64,000 nucleotides of DNA, taken from contig OX597824.1 of the NCBI GenBank assembly GCA_951406725.2, positions 77,066,001 to 77,130,000 of the forward strand. The letters run 5' to 3'. How positions within the stretch are numbered: position 1 is the stretch's first letter; every line of letters begins with the position of its first letter. Position numbers and translations under genes: made by a program. This DNA comes from Octopus vulgaris (taxonomy: Eukaryota). Positions 40,441-55,706 of this stretch are shown here, in pieces. The notes below the pieces were generated by a model, which searched no databases, was not told where the DNA came from, and worked only from the letters and a program-made list of their open reading frames with translations.

Positions 40441-41028
40441 TGCAGATTGATGGAGAAAGCTTCTAAGTTTATATAGACAGTTGAGAAGTACTTTACTCTG
40501 CGAAACTAACTCTACAGCAACAGTTTTTGATTTCAAACTAAATTTGGTTCGTTGAGGTTGTTTGTTAAAGTCAAAATCAATAAAATAAGATAAGAATTCC
40601 ATATGGAAGCAGTTTTAGGGATGAAAGTCTGTTGTAGTCTGTTTATAGAATGAAGGAGAAAGACAAGCTGGAAGTGAGAGAAAAAAGAGAGAGAGAGAGA
40701 GATAGATAAATGAATTTAGGGAAAGAGAGAGAGAAAGAGAAAGGTGGCAGACATAGAGCAGAAAGACTCACAGAAAGAGCGAACAAAAGAGAGAGAGAGA
40801 GAGAGAGAGAGGTGGTAGGCATAGAATAGACTCATAGAGAGATGGAGAGAAAAAAAGAAAAGAGAGAGAAAGAGACAGAAGGATAGAGAGAGATAGTTTA
40901 AATATAAATAAATGAATTTAGGGAGAGAGCAAGAGAAGGAGGTGGCAGATATAGAAATAGATAGATTCACAGAAAGAGGGCAAGAAGGAGAGATAAATTG
41001 ACTGCTGAGAGATGGATGGACAGTGATT

Positions 41029-42045
<1,017 letters not shown>

Positions 42046-42490
42046 GAAAGGAGGGAGAAGAGATGAATGAACTAACCTTGAGTGAGAGCTGATAAAGCAA
42101 GAAAGACTGAAACCAATTTATAGGGGAAACAAAAAGGCTGAGGGAGAAAGAAAAGGGAGAAATGGACTAATTTAGAGGGAGAGGTGAGAGAGATAGAGAT
42201 AGAGAGATAGAGAGAGAGAGAAAGAGAGCAGGTGAGAGGGTGAGAGGTAGGGAAAACCGAGTGATAAGTAAAGAAATAAGAAGCAGGAGATTTTAGTTGT
42301 ACTACTATTATCTATCGATCAATCAACTTCTTTTTTAGTCCATTAACATAGTTTAGTGGTATGTGCACGACAGGAGTATGGATGGGGAGTATCGTATAGG
42401 GGAATGAGAGAGAGGGGGAAGAGATATAGAAGGAGGGGGAGGGAAAGGAAAGTGGGGAGAGGGAGGATTCGAACATGAGTATCAATCGAT

Positions 42491-42523
<33 letters not shown>

Positions 42524-43794
42524 GTCGTCATCGTCGTCATTTTGAACATCATCACCATCGTCTCATGATCTTCCTCCACCTCCTCCCCCTCTTCCTCTTC
42601 CTCTTCCTCTTCCTCATTATCATCATCTAGACTAACAAATGCAATTATCACCTTTGTCACTGTCATTGTCATTGCCACAACCATTACTCTCATCATTATC
42701 ATCATCATCATCATCATCGTCGTCGTCGTCGTCGTCATTGTCATCAGTCCTTTTCTTTCCCCTTTTCCTATTCTTCATCACCACCACCACCACCACCATC
42801 ACCATCACCACCACCACCACCATCACCACCACCACCACCATCAAATACCTCTTCTGTATCATCACAGTCATGATGATGATGATGATCGTCATCATCCTGG
42901 CCATCACCACCATCATCAACATTTGATGTATACAAAGTGTATACTCATAGATAAATCACATACCTTTTTTTATTTTTACTTAAAAAGTGAAAAAAAAAAA
43001 AATGAAAAGCAGGTATGAAACATTGCATGTGATTTATCTACCAAACTTTGCTTGAGGTTTAAAATTCCCAGCATGCACTAACACATATATATATACACCA
43101 ACAAATGAGTAAGTATATAAAGTGGTCTGATTATATCTCTATTCAACCCATATGAAAATTGGCATTATACACAAATATACCTTGGTGATGTCTTGCAGAA
43201 ACAATAACCACCTCTTAATAAGTGGAAAATATCTGCGTGGTTTTTTTTTATTGACTAATTAATTGTAAATCAATAAATCTATTACCATTCAGTGCTAAAT
43301 ATATTGTCAATCACTCAATAAATTAATCAGTTAATCAGGGATGGGGATTTAAAAGCCTTGCTTAATCTAATGGATCTTAACTTGGGCAGTAGCACCTGAC
43401 TTTTGGAGGTGTTGAGCTCGCAAGGTGACTACAAATGTTGAGGACGTGCTATGACTAGTATTGGGTGTTTAGAGAAGGATGTAGTTTTTTTCTTAGAAAT
43501 AAAATATTTCACTCTTTAGCATTTAAACTGACCACATGTACTTGTTTTATGTTCAAACTGGCCAGATCTGGCCTCTCACACTTACCCTACAATGTCATTC
43601 TAAAAGTAAACAATCACATCACCAAAATCTCAAAGCTATGAGATATTGCATAATTAATTCAAAACAGAGTGGATAAATGAGCATTGCGTTTGACAGAGTA
43701 ATCTGAATACTGGAAAATTAAACCATTAGCAATCATTATATTCATGTAATAGGCACCAGTGCCAGTACAACGTAATAGGCACTTGCACCTGCTG

Positions 43795-44090
43795 AGACCC
43801 CCTTTGGTCATGACTGACCATGGGATTGCACCTACAAAGTTACCCTCTCAGGCACAAGTCCAGGCAAGGTTGTTTATAGAAGACCAGCAGTCGCCCATGC
43901 ATACCGGCCTCCACACTCCACGTCACCAGTGTTATCCAAGGGAAAGGCAAAGGCTGATACAGCTTGGCGCCTGTGATGTCGCAATTCATTTCTACAGCTG
44001 AGTGAACTGGAGCAACGTGAAATAAAGTATCTTGCTCAAGAACACAACACGCAACCCAGTCCGGGATTCAAACTCACAACCTCATGATCC
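43795..44090 (-). mobile_element. Family F SINE
   Basis: Reverse-complement homology to 4502-4818. Confidence 0.8.
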
Positions 44091-44991
44091 ATATGCTTTC
44101 ACCATGTAAAAGGCACTTGTGCTGTGCCATGTCTGCAAACACCTGTGCTGATGTCACATAAAAAGCACCTGTACTGTGCAATGTAACAAATACCTGTGCC
44201 AGTGCTACATAAAAACCACCCAGCACACTCTGTAAACTGGCTGACATCAGGAAGGGCCTCCAGCCATAGAAACCATGCCAAAACAGACATTGGAACCTGG
44301 TTCAGCTCTCAAGCTTGATGCAGCTCTTGAGCTTGCTAGCTCCTGTCAAATCATCCAACAAATACCAGCATGGAAAACATACATTAAATGATGATACGAG
44401 AGAGAGAGTCAAAAATTATACACACTCTTGTTTTTTCAATGTATTTACACAAAAGCAGGGGATAAACAAATGGGGCTTTATAAAATGAATACGACAATAT
44501 ATTATCAATGAGCAGGTACATGGCTAATGATGTTCTCAGATCCTATATAGTTTCATTAAAGATACACACTTCAAACAGGTATTGTTTCTTTTCTCGTTTC
44601 TTTTATCTTGCTTCTTACTCTACCTTGACAAAGAGTCACCCAAAATGTCAGTCATTTTCATCTTTTCAATACAGCGGCTCACCGTGTGCAACTTTCATTG
44701 TCAACCATTTCTTTCATGTCTACATTATATCCATCCCCTTTCAATATTTTTTTCTACTTGTTCTAACCTCTCAAATTTCCTAATTGTCCATTTCTTATTC
44801 CCTTTGTTCCAGCCATACTATTTTACCATTTTACCTATAATTTCAGTATATAAATCTTTTTGCATTCTTTAGTTTCCCAAAATGCTTATCACAGTGCAAT
44901 AGCCCACACTCATATCTAAAACAAAAAAAAAGTAAAAAGGCATGTGCTAGGTGGGAGAGTTCAAGAAAATATGGATAGTATGGATAATAAT

Positions 44992-45352
44992 AGGCGCAGG
45001 AGTGGCTGTGTGGTAAGTAGCTTGCTTATGAACCAAATGGTTCCGGGTTCATTCCCACTGCATGGCACCTTGGGCAAGTGTCTTCTACTATAGCCTCGGG
45101 CCAACCAAAGCCTTGTGAGTATATATATGTATGTGTGTGTCTATGTTTGTGTGTCTATGTTTGTCCCCCCACAACATCGCTTGACAACCGATGGTGGTGT
45201 GTTTACAACCCCGTAACTTAGCGGTTCAGCCAATGAGACCGATACAATAAGCACTAGGCTTACAAAGAATAAGTCCTGGGGTCGATTTGCTCGACTAAAG
45301 GCAGTGCTCCAGCATGGCCGCAGTCAAATGACTGAAACAAGTAAAAGAGAGT
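44992..45352 (+). mobile_element. Family A SINE (internal deletion)
   Basis: ggcgcaggagtggctgtgtggtaagtagc...gactgaaacaagtaaaagag. Confidence 0.9.
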
Positions 45353-45416
45353 AACAAACCACTGTGAAATAATGGCTTCAGATTCTGGCACAAGGCCAGT
45401 AACTTGGGGATGGAAG

Positions 45417-45632
45417 TTACCCCTTTTGTTACCAACCTGGCTGAAACCGGCTCTGGCTCTGAGTACAAATTTCTTGTTTTCAATTAAAATCTTGCACCAA
45501 ACCTTAGTTACAATTTATGTCCTAACACTAATGAATGATAACTAAGTTATTTTACTAAATTCTTTGTTGTATTTAAAGTAATTGAGAGCAACACAGAGTA
45601 TCTCAAAATAAATACAGTAACGAAAGTGTTAA
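45417..45632. mobile_element. TTAA-type (piggyBac-like) MITE
   Basis: Ends ttac-ccttttgttac / gtaacgaaagtg-ttaa; similar degenerate element at 43508-43722. Confidence 0.55.
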
Positions 45633-46502
45633 GTCAATTACATCGACCCCAGTGTGTATTTAGTAATTACCGTAGCCCCTCAAAATGATATCTGACCCCA
45701 AGGTAAAACATAACCTACAAACCCAGTTAACATCACCAAAATATATAACACCATCCCAACATTTCAAGTATAAATATTTATATATAAACCATAATATAAA
45801 CCATGACCAATATGTATATATAAACAAATGAGAAAATAAGAAGCTCCATTAACATGAATATTATTTCATGAACTTCAAAAGGATAACAGGTAAAGTCAAC
45901 TTCAGTGGAATTTGAACTCAGAAAGAAAAGACAGATGAAATACCACTAAGCATTTTGCCTGGCATGCTAACAATTCTGCCAGCTCGCTACTTTGAAACAA
46001 TGAGTAATATTAGCTTCTGTTTGATTAAAATAATCAACAATTTTCCCTGTTTCTTTGTTTTTTTGTTTTCTCTTCCCCTATTTTTCCCTTTTATCTCCTT
46101 CTTATTCAGAGACAGGTGCAATTATCCCAAGATATATCTTTGCATTCTTTCAAAGAAAAAATGGTTTCACTAAACCAGGAATTTATCTTTTATGGTAATT
46201 AGTACGTCTTTATCATCTTTATTGTCTCAATTAATGTCACTCAACACTCAGTTATTTTAACTTGAATGTATACATGCACACACATACTTAGTTATATATA
46301 TAATTATGTATATATACATACATACATACAGACATATATATATATATATATATATACATATGTATATATATATCTATATACACCTATATACATACACACT
46401 TACACATATATGCATGTATGTGTGTATATATATATATATGTATATATATATGTGTGTATATATATCTATGTATATATATATGTGTGTGTGTATTTATATA
46501 TA

Positions 46503-47063
46503 TATTCAGGTTATGGTGAATAAACTGTTGTCTAAATTACACAAAAATGAAAATATCACTGATGTCTCATTTTAACACTGATGTCTCATATTTACTAAAC
46601 TTACATAAAAATATCTTGAAATACAAAAGAGTAAATTTATTCAATGGTGTCTTCTAGCAGCCACCCTCTTGACCCAGGTCAGCACTACCTACTCCGAGCA
46701 CTTGATGTAGGCCTCCATGTGTGGGAAGATGATGTTGGCATCACTAGTGATTACTTCAAACACCATGATGTTGACTGAATGTTTGATTTTTATCACTCCC
46801 GGTACACGCCCACAGATTGCACTGTCCTCAGTTTGACACCCAAACACTCTGAAATGTTCGTGTTGGAGCTTCTGGTGCAAACGCTAAGCAGTACAGCAAG
46901 TGGTTTTCAAATGTCTGGCAGAGTGAATTGTGTTATAGTGCTGTTTTTCTCACAGACAGTGCCCAACTGACCCTACTATACTGTGTAGTCAACAAAATCA
47001 GAAACAAACAATAGATGAAATTAAAAATATAAAGTAGTGATAATTTACCCATCACACCCTGTA
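46503..47063 (-). mobile_element. Degenerate Tc1/mariner (maT-like) transposon
   Basis: TIR tacagggtgtgatgggtaaattatc in TA context; internal VPGVIKIKHSVNIMVFEVITSD..EAYIKC resembles the K-H-P..MVFGVI.SDG transposase block. Confidence 0.8.
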
Positions 47064-47073
47064 TATATGCGTA

Positions 47074-47148
<75 letters not shown>

Positions 47149-47450
47149 ATATCTATATATAAGCAAGACATTCAAATACTGAGATTTGAAATCAGATGTC
47201 ACTACTGTTCATATCATCTGTGGATAAATTTTTAAATTGATGATATCACCAGCAGTAACATAGGTGGATCGCAGGCACAATAGCATTAAATAGCTATGAA
47301 TTATAAATGTGTATGAAGTGTAAGGATACTTAACAAGCATCCACCTGCTAGAAATAAGAGCTAAAGTCTTAAATTTATCCACCGTACAACACAAAGATAA
47401 CAGAGAAAAACAGTATGTGAGGAAAATAGAAAGAGTTAAAACATTTAACA

Positions 47451-47487
<37 letters not shown>

Positions 47488-47561
47488 CATGTGTGTATGT
47501 GTGTGTGTGAATATAGGTGGTTAGATACAAAAATGAATGATGTATAGATAAATAGATAGAT

Positions 47562-47602
<41 letters not shown>

Positions 47603-47929
47603 CGTAGATAGATATGTAATATGAACAATTTCTCTTACATAACAAATATTTTACAAAATATCATATGACTTTAAGTAACAACATAATAGAAAGGAATATT
47701 AGATGCCACACCATTCTTATAAATGAACTTTATATATATATATTGCTCCTATTAATGTCAGTCATCTTGTATTACCTCAAAACTTCTTCAGTATAAAGTA
47801 CATGACCAGTGAAAAAAAAAAAATATATATGTATATATATGTAAGTACACAAACACCTACATATACACATGTACACATACACACACACACATACATACAC
47901 GCATATATGCATGCATGTATGTATGAATG

Positions 47930-48291
47930 TATCATCATTATCATCATCATCATTTAACGTCTGCTTTCCATGCTAGCATGGGTTGGACGATTTGACCGAG
48001 GTCTGGCGAACCAGACTCCAGTCTGATCTGGCAGAGTTTCTACAGCTGGATGCCCTTCATAACGCCAACCACTCTGAGAGTGTAGTGGGTGCTTTTACAT
48101 GCCACCGGCATGAGGGCCAGTTTGGTGGTACTGGCAACTGCCACACCCAAATGGTGCTTTTTACGTGCCACCTGCACAGGAGCCAATCCAGCGGAACTGG
48201 TGACGACCTTGCTCGAATATTTCACATGCCACCAGCACAAGTGCTAGTAAGGTGACGTGGTAACGATCACGCTTGAATGGTGTACTTAACG

Positions 48292-48298
<7 letters not shown>
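47930..48298 (-). mobile_element. Family E repeat with internal tandem sub-repeats
   Basis: ggtgcttttacgtgccacc unit repeated. Confidence 0.85.
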
Positions 48299-48366
<68 letters not shown>

Positions 48367-48774
48367 GTTTGTGATGAGTATGTATAGTATACATAGGTAC
48401 AAGAGAGAAGTTTGAACTCATACACATTACCAAGGGGCAAGAGTTGTTTATGAGGATTGAAACTGGCACTTTAAATCCAGTTACTTGAAATTCTCATCTC
48501 TCAGCATGTAGTATGATGATTGCCAACGTGGAATTTTAATAACTGGATGTTATGTGCCAACTGCATATATATACATATATATTCTTTTACTTGTTTCAGT
48601 CATTTGACTGTGGCCATGCTGGAGCACCACCATTAGTCGAACAAATTGACCCTCCAGCACTTATTCTGTTATAAGTCTAGTACTTATTCTGCTGGTCGCT
48701 TTTGCCAAACTGCTAACTTACAGGAATATAAACACACCAACATCAGTTGTCAAACAATGGTGGAGGACAAACAG

Positions 48775-48807
<33 letters not shown>

Positions 48808-48957
48808 CACAGATATGCAGGAAGTAAATAGACACATTTAATTTTCAAAATTTCTGATCTAAGTGTCTTAATATATTTCCAGCAGTGTAGAATTTACAAT
48901 ATAATTACTCATTTTCATTCTAGGTTCCATTATATCAAATATTTGCAAAGAGTTACC

Positions 48958-49215
48958 ATGCCACACACAAAGGATTCAGCAGAACTATCAGATTTTCAAT
49001 GAGGTCATATTGTTGGGCAATCTGAGGCTGGTCTTAGCTAGCAAAAAATTGCTGAAAATCTTCAAATTCCTCTCGCTGCTGTTAATAGAATTATAGTGCA
49101 GTTCAAAAGCTAAGGAAAAGAATCAACAGATTCTCGTCCCAGCTGAACTGGACCCTCAGAAAGGAGGCTTTGCTGTTTGAAGCGAATTGTGGAAAACGAA
49201 CCCCATACGAAAGCA
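48958..49215 (+). pseudogene. Tc1-family transposase N-terminal HTH pseudogene
   Basis: [53 protein letters not shown]..: ELSDFxRGxIVG motif with several in-frame stops. Confidence 0.85.
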
Positions 49216-49262
49216 AAAAAAAAATACATTGCAAAACAGCTAGAAGTTAGTCCAGATGTTAA

Positions 49263-49315
<53 letters not shown>

Positions 49316-50438
49316 ATAAGTGTTCCTAAAAATTTGCAGCTGTTTGAAAAGATAGGTTTTAAATAAAATTAAATTGATAAAAAAACATGCCCATAATAAG
49401 GATTTTTTCACCCCAATATATGTTGCTCTTCTTTCAGAAGGCTACAAGAAGCCCTTCAGAAAGTCTTAATTTCTCAGTTTGTATTTTATGCTAAAATTGC
49501 CTTGTAACATAGTAAATGGATGTTGGCTTACCAGTTTAGTTCTTTGCCTTGATTGCACTTTATCGATATATCAGTGCATAAGGATTCACAAATAATATAT
49601 ACACCCGCAAATATATATAAATATGTGTGTGTGTGTGTGCGTGTGTGTAAAATTTATAAAGCAGGTGTTTATGTTGTATACAGCTTCTCATTAGCCTAGT
49701 TTTGTACAAAACTAGAATAGATTATGTTATCAATGCCACATTATCATTACCACCACCACAACCACTACTACCAAAACCACCACCAGCACCACCACCAGCA
49801 CCACCACCACCATCACCAGCACCACCAGCACCACCACCACCACCACTACCACCACCATCACCACCATTGTCATCATTGTTATCATCATAATGATCACCTT
49901 CATGATAATCGCATTTGGAGTAGTGATTGTTGTTTAGCCCCAGGTCAGCCCCGGTAGAGCAGACTCGTGATCCACAGCATTCTAGAAGTGGATCATCCCA
50001 TTAAATTTTTTTTTTTTTTTGCTTTTGCATTGGGAATCTAGGACCATATAATCTAACCCTAAGTTTAAAGGGGATTTGGCTGCCATTTTGAGCAGATTGA
50101 CTAACCGTGTAGAGATTTACTTATTGGTTTATACATTTTGAAATATATGGAAGTGTGGCTGGGTGGAATCATTTGTGCTGTGCATTGTACAAGACAATGC
50201 ACAGCACAGTGTGTGTGTGTGTGTTTGTGTGACAAACACAGTCACACAGACACACACACACACACACATATACGATGGGCTTCTTTCAGTTTCCGTCTAC
50301 CTAATCCACTCACAAGGTTTTGGTCGGCCTGAGGCTACAGCAGAAGACACTTGCCGAAGGTGCCACACAGTGGGACTGAACCCGGAACCATGTGGTTGGT
50401 AACCAAGCTACTTACCACGCAGCCACTCCTGCACTATA

Positions 50439-50492
<54 letters not shown>

Positions 50493-50764
50493 ACAACCTT
50501 CTTTTTGTTGCGATCTCTCAAATTCCCTCACAAAGTATTGGTTGACCAAAGACTATAGTATGATGACCACCGTCCAAGATTTTGAGTTGTGGAAGTTAAT
50601 TCAAAGCCACATGGCCATATGGGTGAGGAGTGACCAATTTAACAAAATAGCCAAGCCATTTTTCTTCTTTTTCTTTTCTTGCTCTTTTCTTCTGCTGAAT
50701 AATTTCTACTTCAGCCAAAATCCTGCTACCAAAGGTACTTATCATGGCAATATGATAAGAGAAC

Positions 50765-51070
50765 CATCTGAACGTGGCCATTGCCAGCCTCGCCTGGCCT
50801 CTGTGCTGGTGGCACATAAAAAGCACCATCTGATCGTGGCCGTTTGCTAGCCTCATCTGGCACCTGTGCCAGTGGCACGTAAAAAGCACCCACTACACTC
50901 ACGGAGTGGTTGGCCGTTAGGAAGGGCATCCAGCTGTAGAAACATTGCCTGATTAGACTGGAGCCTGGTGCAGCCTTCTGGCTTCCCAGACTCCAGTTGA
51001 ACCATCCAACCCATGCCAGAATGGAAAGCGGACGCTAAACGATGATGATGATGATGATGATGACGATGAT
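50765..51070 (+). mobile_element. Family E repeat
   Basis: Match to 6850-7092 with (gat)n tail. Confidence 0.85.
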
Positions 51071-51251
51071 GTCACAGAGTGCTCTACCTTGTTAAACCTA
51101 AACTACTTCCACACAATTATAAAAGTACAAACTTTAAGCTATTTCTATGAACATAAAAAAAGAACTTTAACTTGATTTCATCTTTGTTCCAACAGTTCAA
51201 TATGATGTCAGAAAGTAATACAAATAAAAATTGCATTATTTTCTGACTCAC

Positions 51252-51302
51252 CCACATATTGGTAACTTTGGAAACAGATCTCGATCAAATTACATAATTA
51301 TA
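51252..51302 (-). other. Candidate 51-nt exon, stops in all frames (UTR, start-codon or poison exon)
   Basis: attccattcttacag|...ATGTGG|gtgagt. Confidence 0.4.
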
Positions 51303-52695
51303 CTGTAAGAATGGAATTGTTCTAAAGAAAATATACCCACTCTGTTGGCATAGGATCCTCACCTCCTACCCCCTTAAATTGCTCACACCCTTGATGCTTG
51401 TCTTTCTATTATTAGTGGAACATCTATTTTCTTTTGTGAACAGTTGATGAATGAGTTGAGAAACAGAACTGTGATGAGAATGAAGAACTTGGCAAATATT
51501 TACATGTTTTCTTTACAACATTGATGGATAAGTAGTATCTATCATTGATGGTAGAGCAGCCAAGCAAAGTGTCATTATGGCATTTAGTTACGTTCATTTA
51601 CATACCATGTTTGAATTCCACAGGGGTTCAGCTTTACTTTTAAGTTTCTCTTTTGTTTAAATCAATAAAATAAAATACCAGTCAAGTATAGTAGCATAGA
51701 ATGGCAGTAACTGTTAGTAGAGTTATTAGAACATTAGAAAAAATGCTATGCAATATTTGTTCCGGCATTTGCAATGTGGTGAGCAGGCAGAACCATTATC
51801 ATGCCAGACAAAGTGCTGAGTGGTATTTCTCCTGACTTAAGATTCTGAGTTCAAATGCTATTGGGGGTGGACTTTACCGTTCATTTTTTTCAGAGTCAAT
51901 AAGATAGGTACAAGCTGAACACTGGGGTTGATGTAATCAGTTTACCCACTACCTTGAAATTGCTGGCCACAATTTGAAACCAATATTTGTTCTGACATTC
52001 TTTGCTCTCATTTCAAATCTCACCCACACTGACGTTGACTTTTGAATGTAGTTAAGAACAAGTCTAAGATAAAAAAATTACCAGAATTGTTAGAGCATCT
52101 GAAGACTTGTCTTGTAGATTTTGTTCTGGTTCATTACATGTTAAGTTCTAATTCCACCTTAGTTGTCAATGGAATGGGCTTATCACCCAATTATTGAAAC
52201 ACCTCAACCAATTGACTCTCATGATACAATAAGCCTACAATCAGCCTTGACAAGCCATTAATGTATCTACAACACCTGAATGGAAAAGATGTACAATTTG
52301 CTCTTTGCATTCTTCTGGCAGTGCAAGCACTTAGGTAGCAATTAATAAGATTGATTATAACCCTTGGCCTGAAATGTGTGACATTGCACCTATGTTAGTA
52401 AACATTATTAGTTTTAAGACTAAGGTGAAGAGCTAGCAGAATCATTAGCTTTCTGGATAAAATGCCTAATGACATTTCTTCTGGCTCTTTCTCATCTGAA
52501 TTCAAATGTTACTGAAGTTGACTTTGCCTTTCATCCTTTCAGACTTTATAAAATAAATATGGTTTGAGCACTGAGGGTTGATATAATTAACTTGCTCTTC
52601 CCCTAAAAATTGCTGGCCATATGACAAAATTAAAAGAAAGAATTATTAATAAGGGTAGGATAGCAGTTTCGCCGAATTGTCAGAAGATAATTCTT

Positions 52696-52932
52696 TAAGG
52701 TGGTGAGCTGGTAGAATTGTTAGTGCGCAGGACCAAATGCTTAGAGGTATTTCGTCTGCCGTTACATTCTGAATTCAAATTCTGCTGAGGTCAATTTCGC
52801 CTTTCATCCTTTCGGGGTCGATAAATTAAGTACCAGTTATGCACTGGGGATCAATATAATCAACTTAATCCCTTTGTCTGTCCTTGTTTGTCCCCTCTGT
52901 GTTTAGTCCCTTGAGGGCAATAAAGAAATAAG
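52696..52932 (+). mobile_element. Family D SINE
   Basis: Match to 13351-13590; older degenerate copies at 51770-51990 and 52420-52640. Confidence 0.85.
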
Positions 52933-54126
52933 ATTTTTTTGGATTTACACAAGCAAAGTAGTAAATTGGGTACACACGATAGTATATTAAGGGTCCATGA
53001 AAAAACTTTGCTTTAGATGTATTTAATGCAAGAAACAGCTAGGTTTCTTTCTCTAATGTTTTACATAGTTCAACCTACACAAGTCAATGTGTGAAAAACA
53101 AAATAGGAATTTTGAAAGAAGATTCTATAAAACTAGATTTCTAAATATTGAGATTTTTAAATAGTAACGAAAGGGGTCCATAAATAAAAAAATTTAGTTA
53201 AGAACCACTGTTACAGACAAAAGAAATTGTGCTCAGTAAAGTGTATTCATGCATTCAAAGATTTAAGGTGGTGATCAGAACATTAATTAAAATGAAATTT
53301 TGATGGAAAGTTTTAATTCAGATCACTTTTAAACATGAAATTTATAAGAACGTTGTAGTTTGCTTGAAGCATCATAATACTGAAGAAGGTAAACTGACAG
53401 AATCTCAAAAAGCTTCTGACAATGAGGAAAGTTTAATAAAATCTTTATATTTCATCTTTGCACCTGAAATATATGTTTTATTAAACTTTCTGCAATGTCA
53501 GAAGCTTTCTATGAAATTTATATCATATATCCAGGTTGGGCTCAGGTGGTTTGGAATCAAAAAGGTGAAAAGTAAGGAAGAGGCAAAAGTGGTAAAATAG
53601 TGTGCAAAACTGCTGCTTTGGTACCTAGGCAGATCAATTCAGCTTCTGAATTAGAATGCAGTTGAAATCTATTTTATCTTTGTATGTGGAATAAAAGTAC
53701 AGTGAAGTAAGGTAAAGAGTGATAGTAAATTGATGTAAATTGGTTGTAGACCTTAGCTAAATATGTGTACCTTTGCGCTAATTACATAGACCTTAATTAA
53801 TGGATGGTTCACAATGATACCTAATGTGTACCCTTCAACACTTTGTCAAATTGTTGCCATGAATGTCAAACTGTTCCAATGAATCCAAGAAGTTGAGATA
53901 ATTCTATAAATGAATTCTGCAAATGTTACAAAGCAATCAGCTTCTCTTCTATTCTCTTTCTCTCTTGCTCTCTCTCTCTCTCTCTCTCTTTTTTTCTCTC
54001 TCTCTCTATCTGTCTATCTGTCTGTCTGTCTCAACAAAGCTTCACTTCCTACTTCAAGCAAAAGGGAAGTGGTTTGTCTGTTTCAACGGGCTTCTGTCTA
54101 TATCAATGCATATAATATGTATGTTC

Positions 54127-54237
<111 letters not shown>

Positions 54238-55362
54238 TATATGTATATGCATGTATCTATATGTATATACATATGTGTGTATTTATAAATGTATGTGTGT
54301 CTGTATATACTTACATACAAGTGTATGTACATACACTCATGAAAAGGAGAAGGTCCACACATCTATGGAGAACTAATGAGAAGCACTTTCACCTCTTGTA
54401 CGCTGGCCATAAAATTTCATTTGTATCTGTTATCAAAGTTACGCTGGCCTATACAACAATATTTCTACACCATATAACTGAATGATTAGTACAGTAAAAG
54501 TTTGGTAGGTAAACAGTGCAAGGATTATCCATTTGAGGCCCCTAAGTATGCACAGAATTACATCTAGAAATGAAGTACAGGCATATACATAACATGGATA
54601 TATGGAATCATCATCATCCTCATCATCATCATCATCATCATCATCATCAACATCATTATTATCATCATGTAACGTCCGTTGTCCATGCTGGCATGGGTTG
54701 AACAGTTTGACCAGGGCTGGTAATCTTAGGGGCTGCACCAAACTCCAATCTGATTTGACATGGTTTCTATGGCTGGATGCCCTTCCTAATGCCAACCACT
54801 TCAAGAGGGGACTAGCATTGACCACATTCAGATGGTGTTTTTCATGTGCTACCGACACGGGGACCACAACTACAATTTCCATTTGATTGTGATTTGATTT
54901 GATTTTGACTTGATGTACTTGACTCAATAGGTCTCTTCAAGCACGGCATGTTGCCCTACGATCCAAAGGTACTTTTTGAGTGGACTGGTTATGTGACACT
55001 GGTGTAGGTTACAGCTGTGATCTCACTACTGTAAACGAGATTACTGCTGTAACCTACACCAGTGTCACATAACCAGCCCACTATATATATATATTTATAT
55101 ATCAGCAGCAGCAGCAGCAGCAGCAGAAGCAGCTGCATCATCATCATCATCATCATCATCATAATCATGATCAGTATATAATGTTGATTTTTTTTGCTGT
55201 CATGGATTGGACAGTTTGATAGGATCTGGTGAGCTATTGAACTGTGTTAAGCTCTGATGTCAGCTTCAGCATGGTTTCTTCAGCAAGATTCCCTTCCTAC
55301 TACCAATTACTTTACAGAATATACTGAGAGCTTTTTTGGTGCCACTGACACTAGCAAGACTG

Positions 55363-55426
<64 letters not shown>

Positions 55427-55670
55427 TCACCATCATCGTCTAATGTCCACTTTCCCTGCTGGCATAGGCTGGACAGTTTGACTGAGGACAGGCAAGCCAA
55501 GAAGCTGCACAAGGCTGCAATCTGATCTGGCAAGGTTTCTATAGCTGGAGGCCCTTCCTAATGCCAACCACTGTGAGATTGTAGTGGGTGCTTTTTACAT
55601 GCCACCGGCATAGGAGCCAGTCAGGTGGTACTGGCATCGACCACACTCAAATGGGTTTTTTTACGTGCCA

Positions 55671-55701
<31 letters not shown>

Positions 55702-55706
<5 letters not shown>

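Noticed and set aside
49702-49957. Poly-Pro / poly-His ORFs
   Set aside because: (CCA)n microsatellite without splice or homology support
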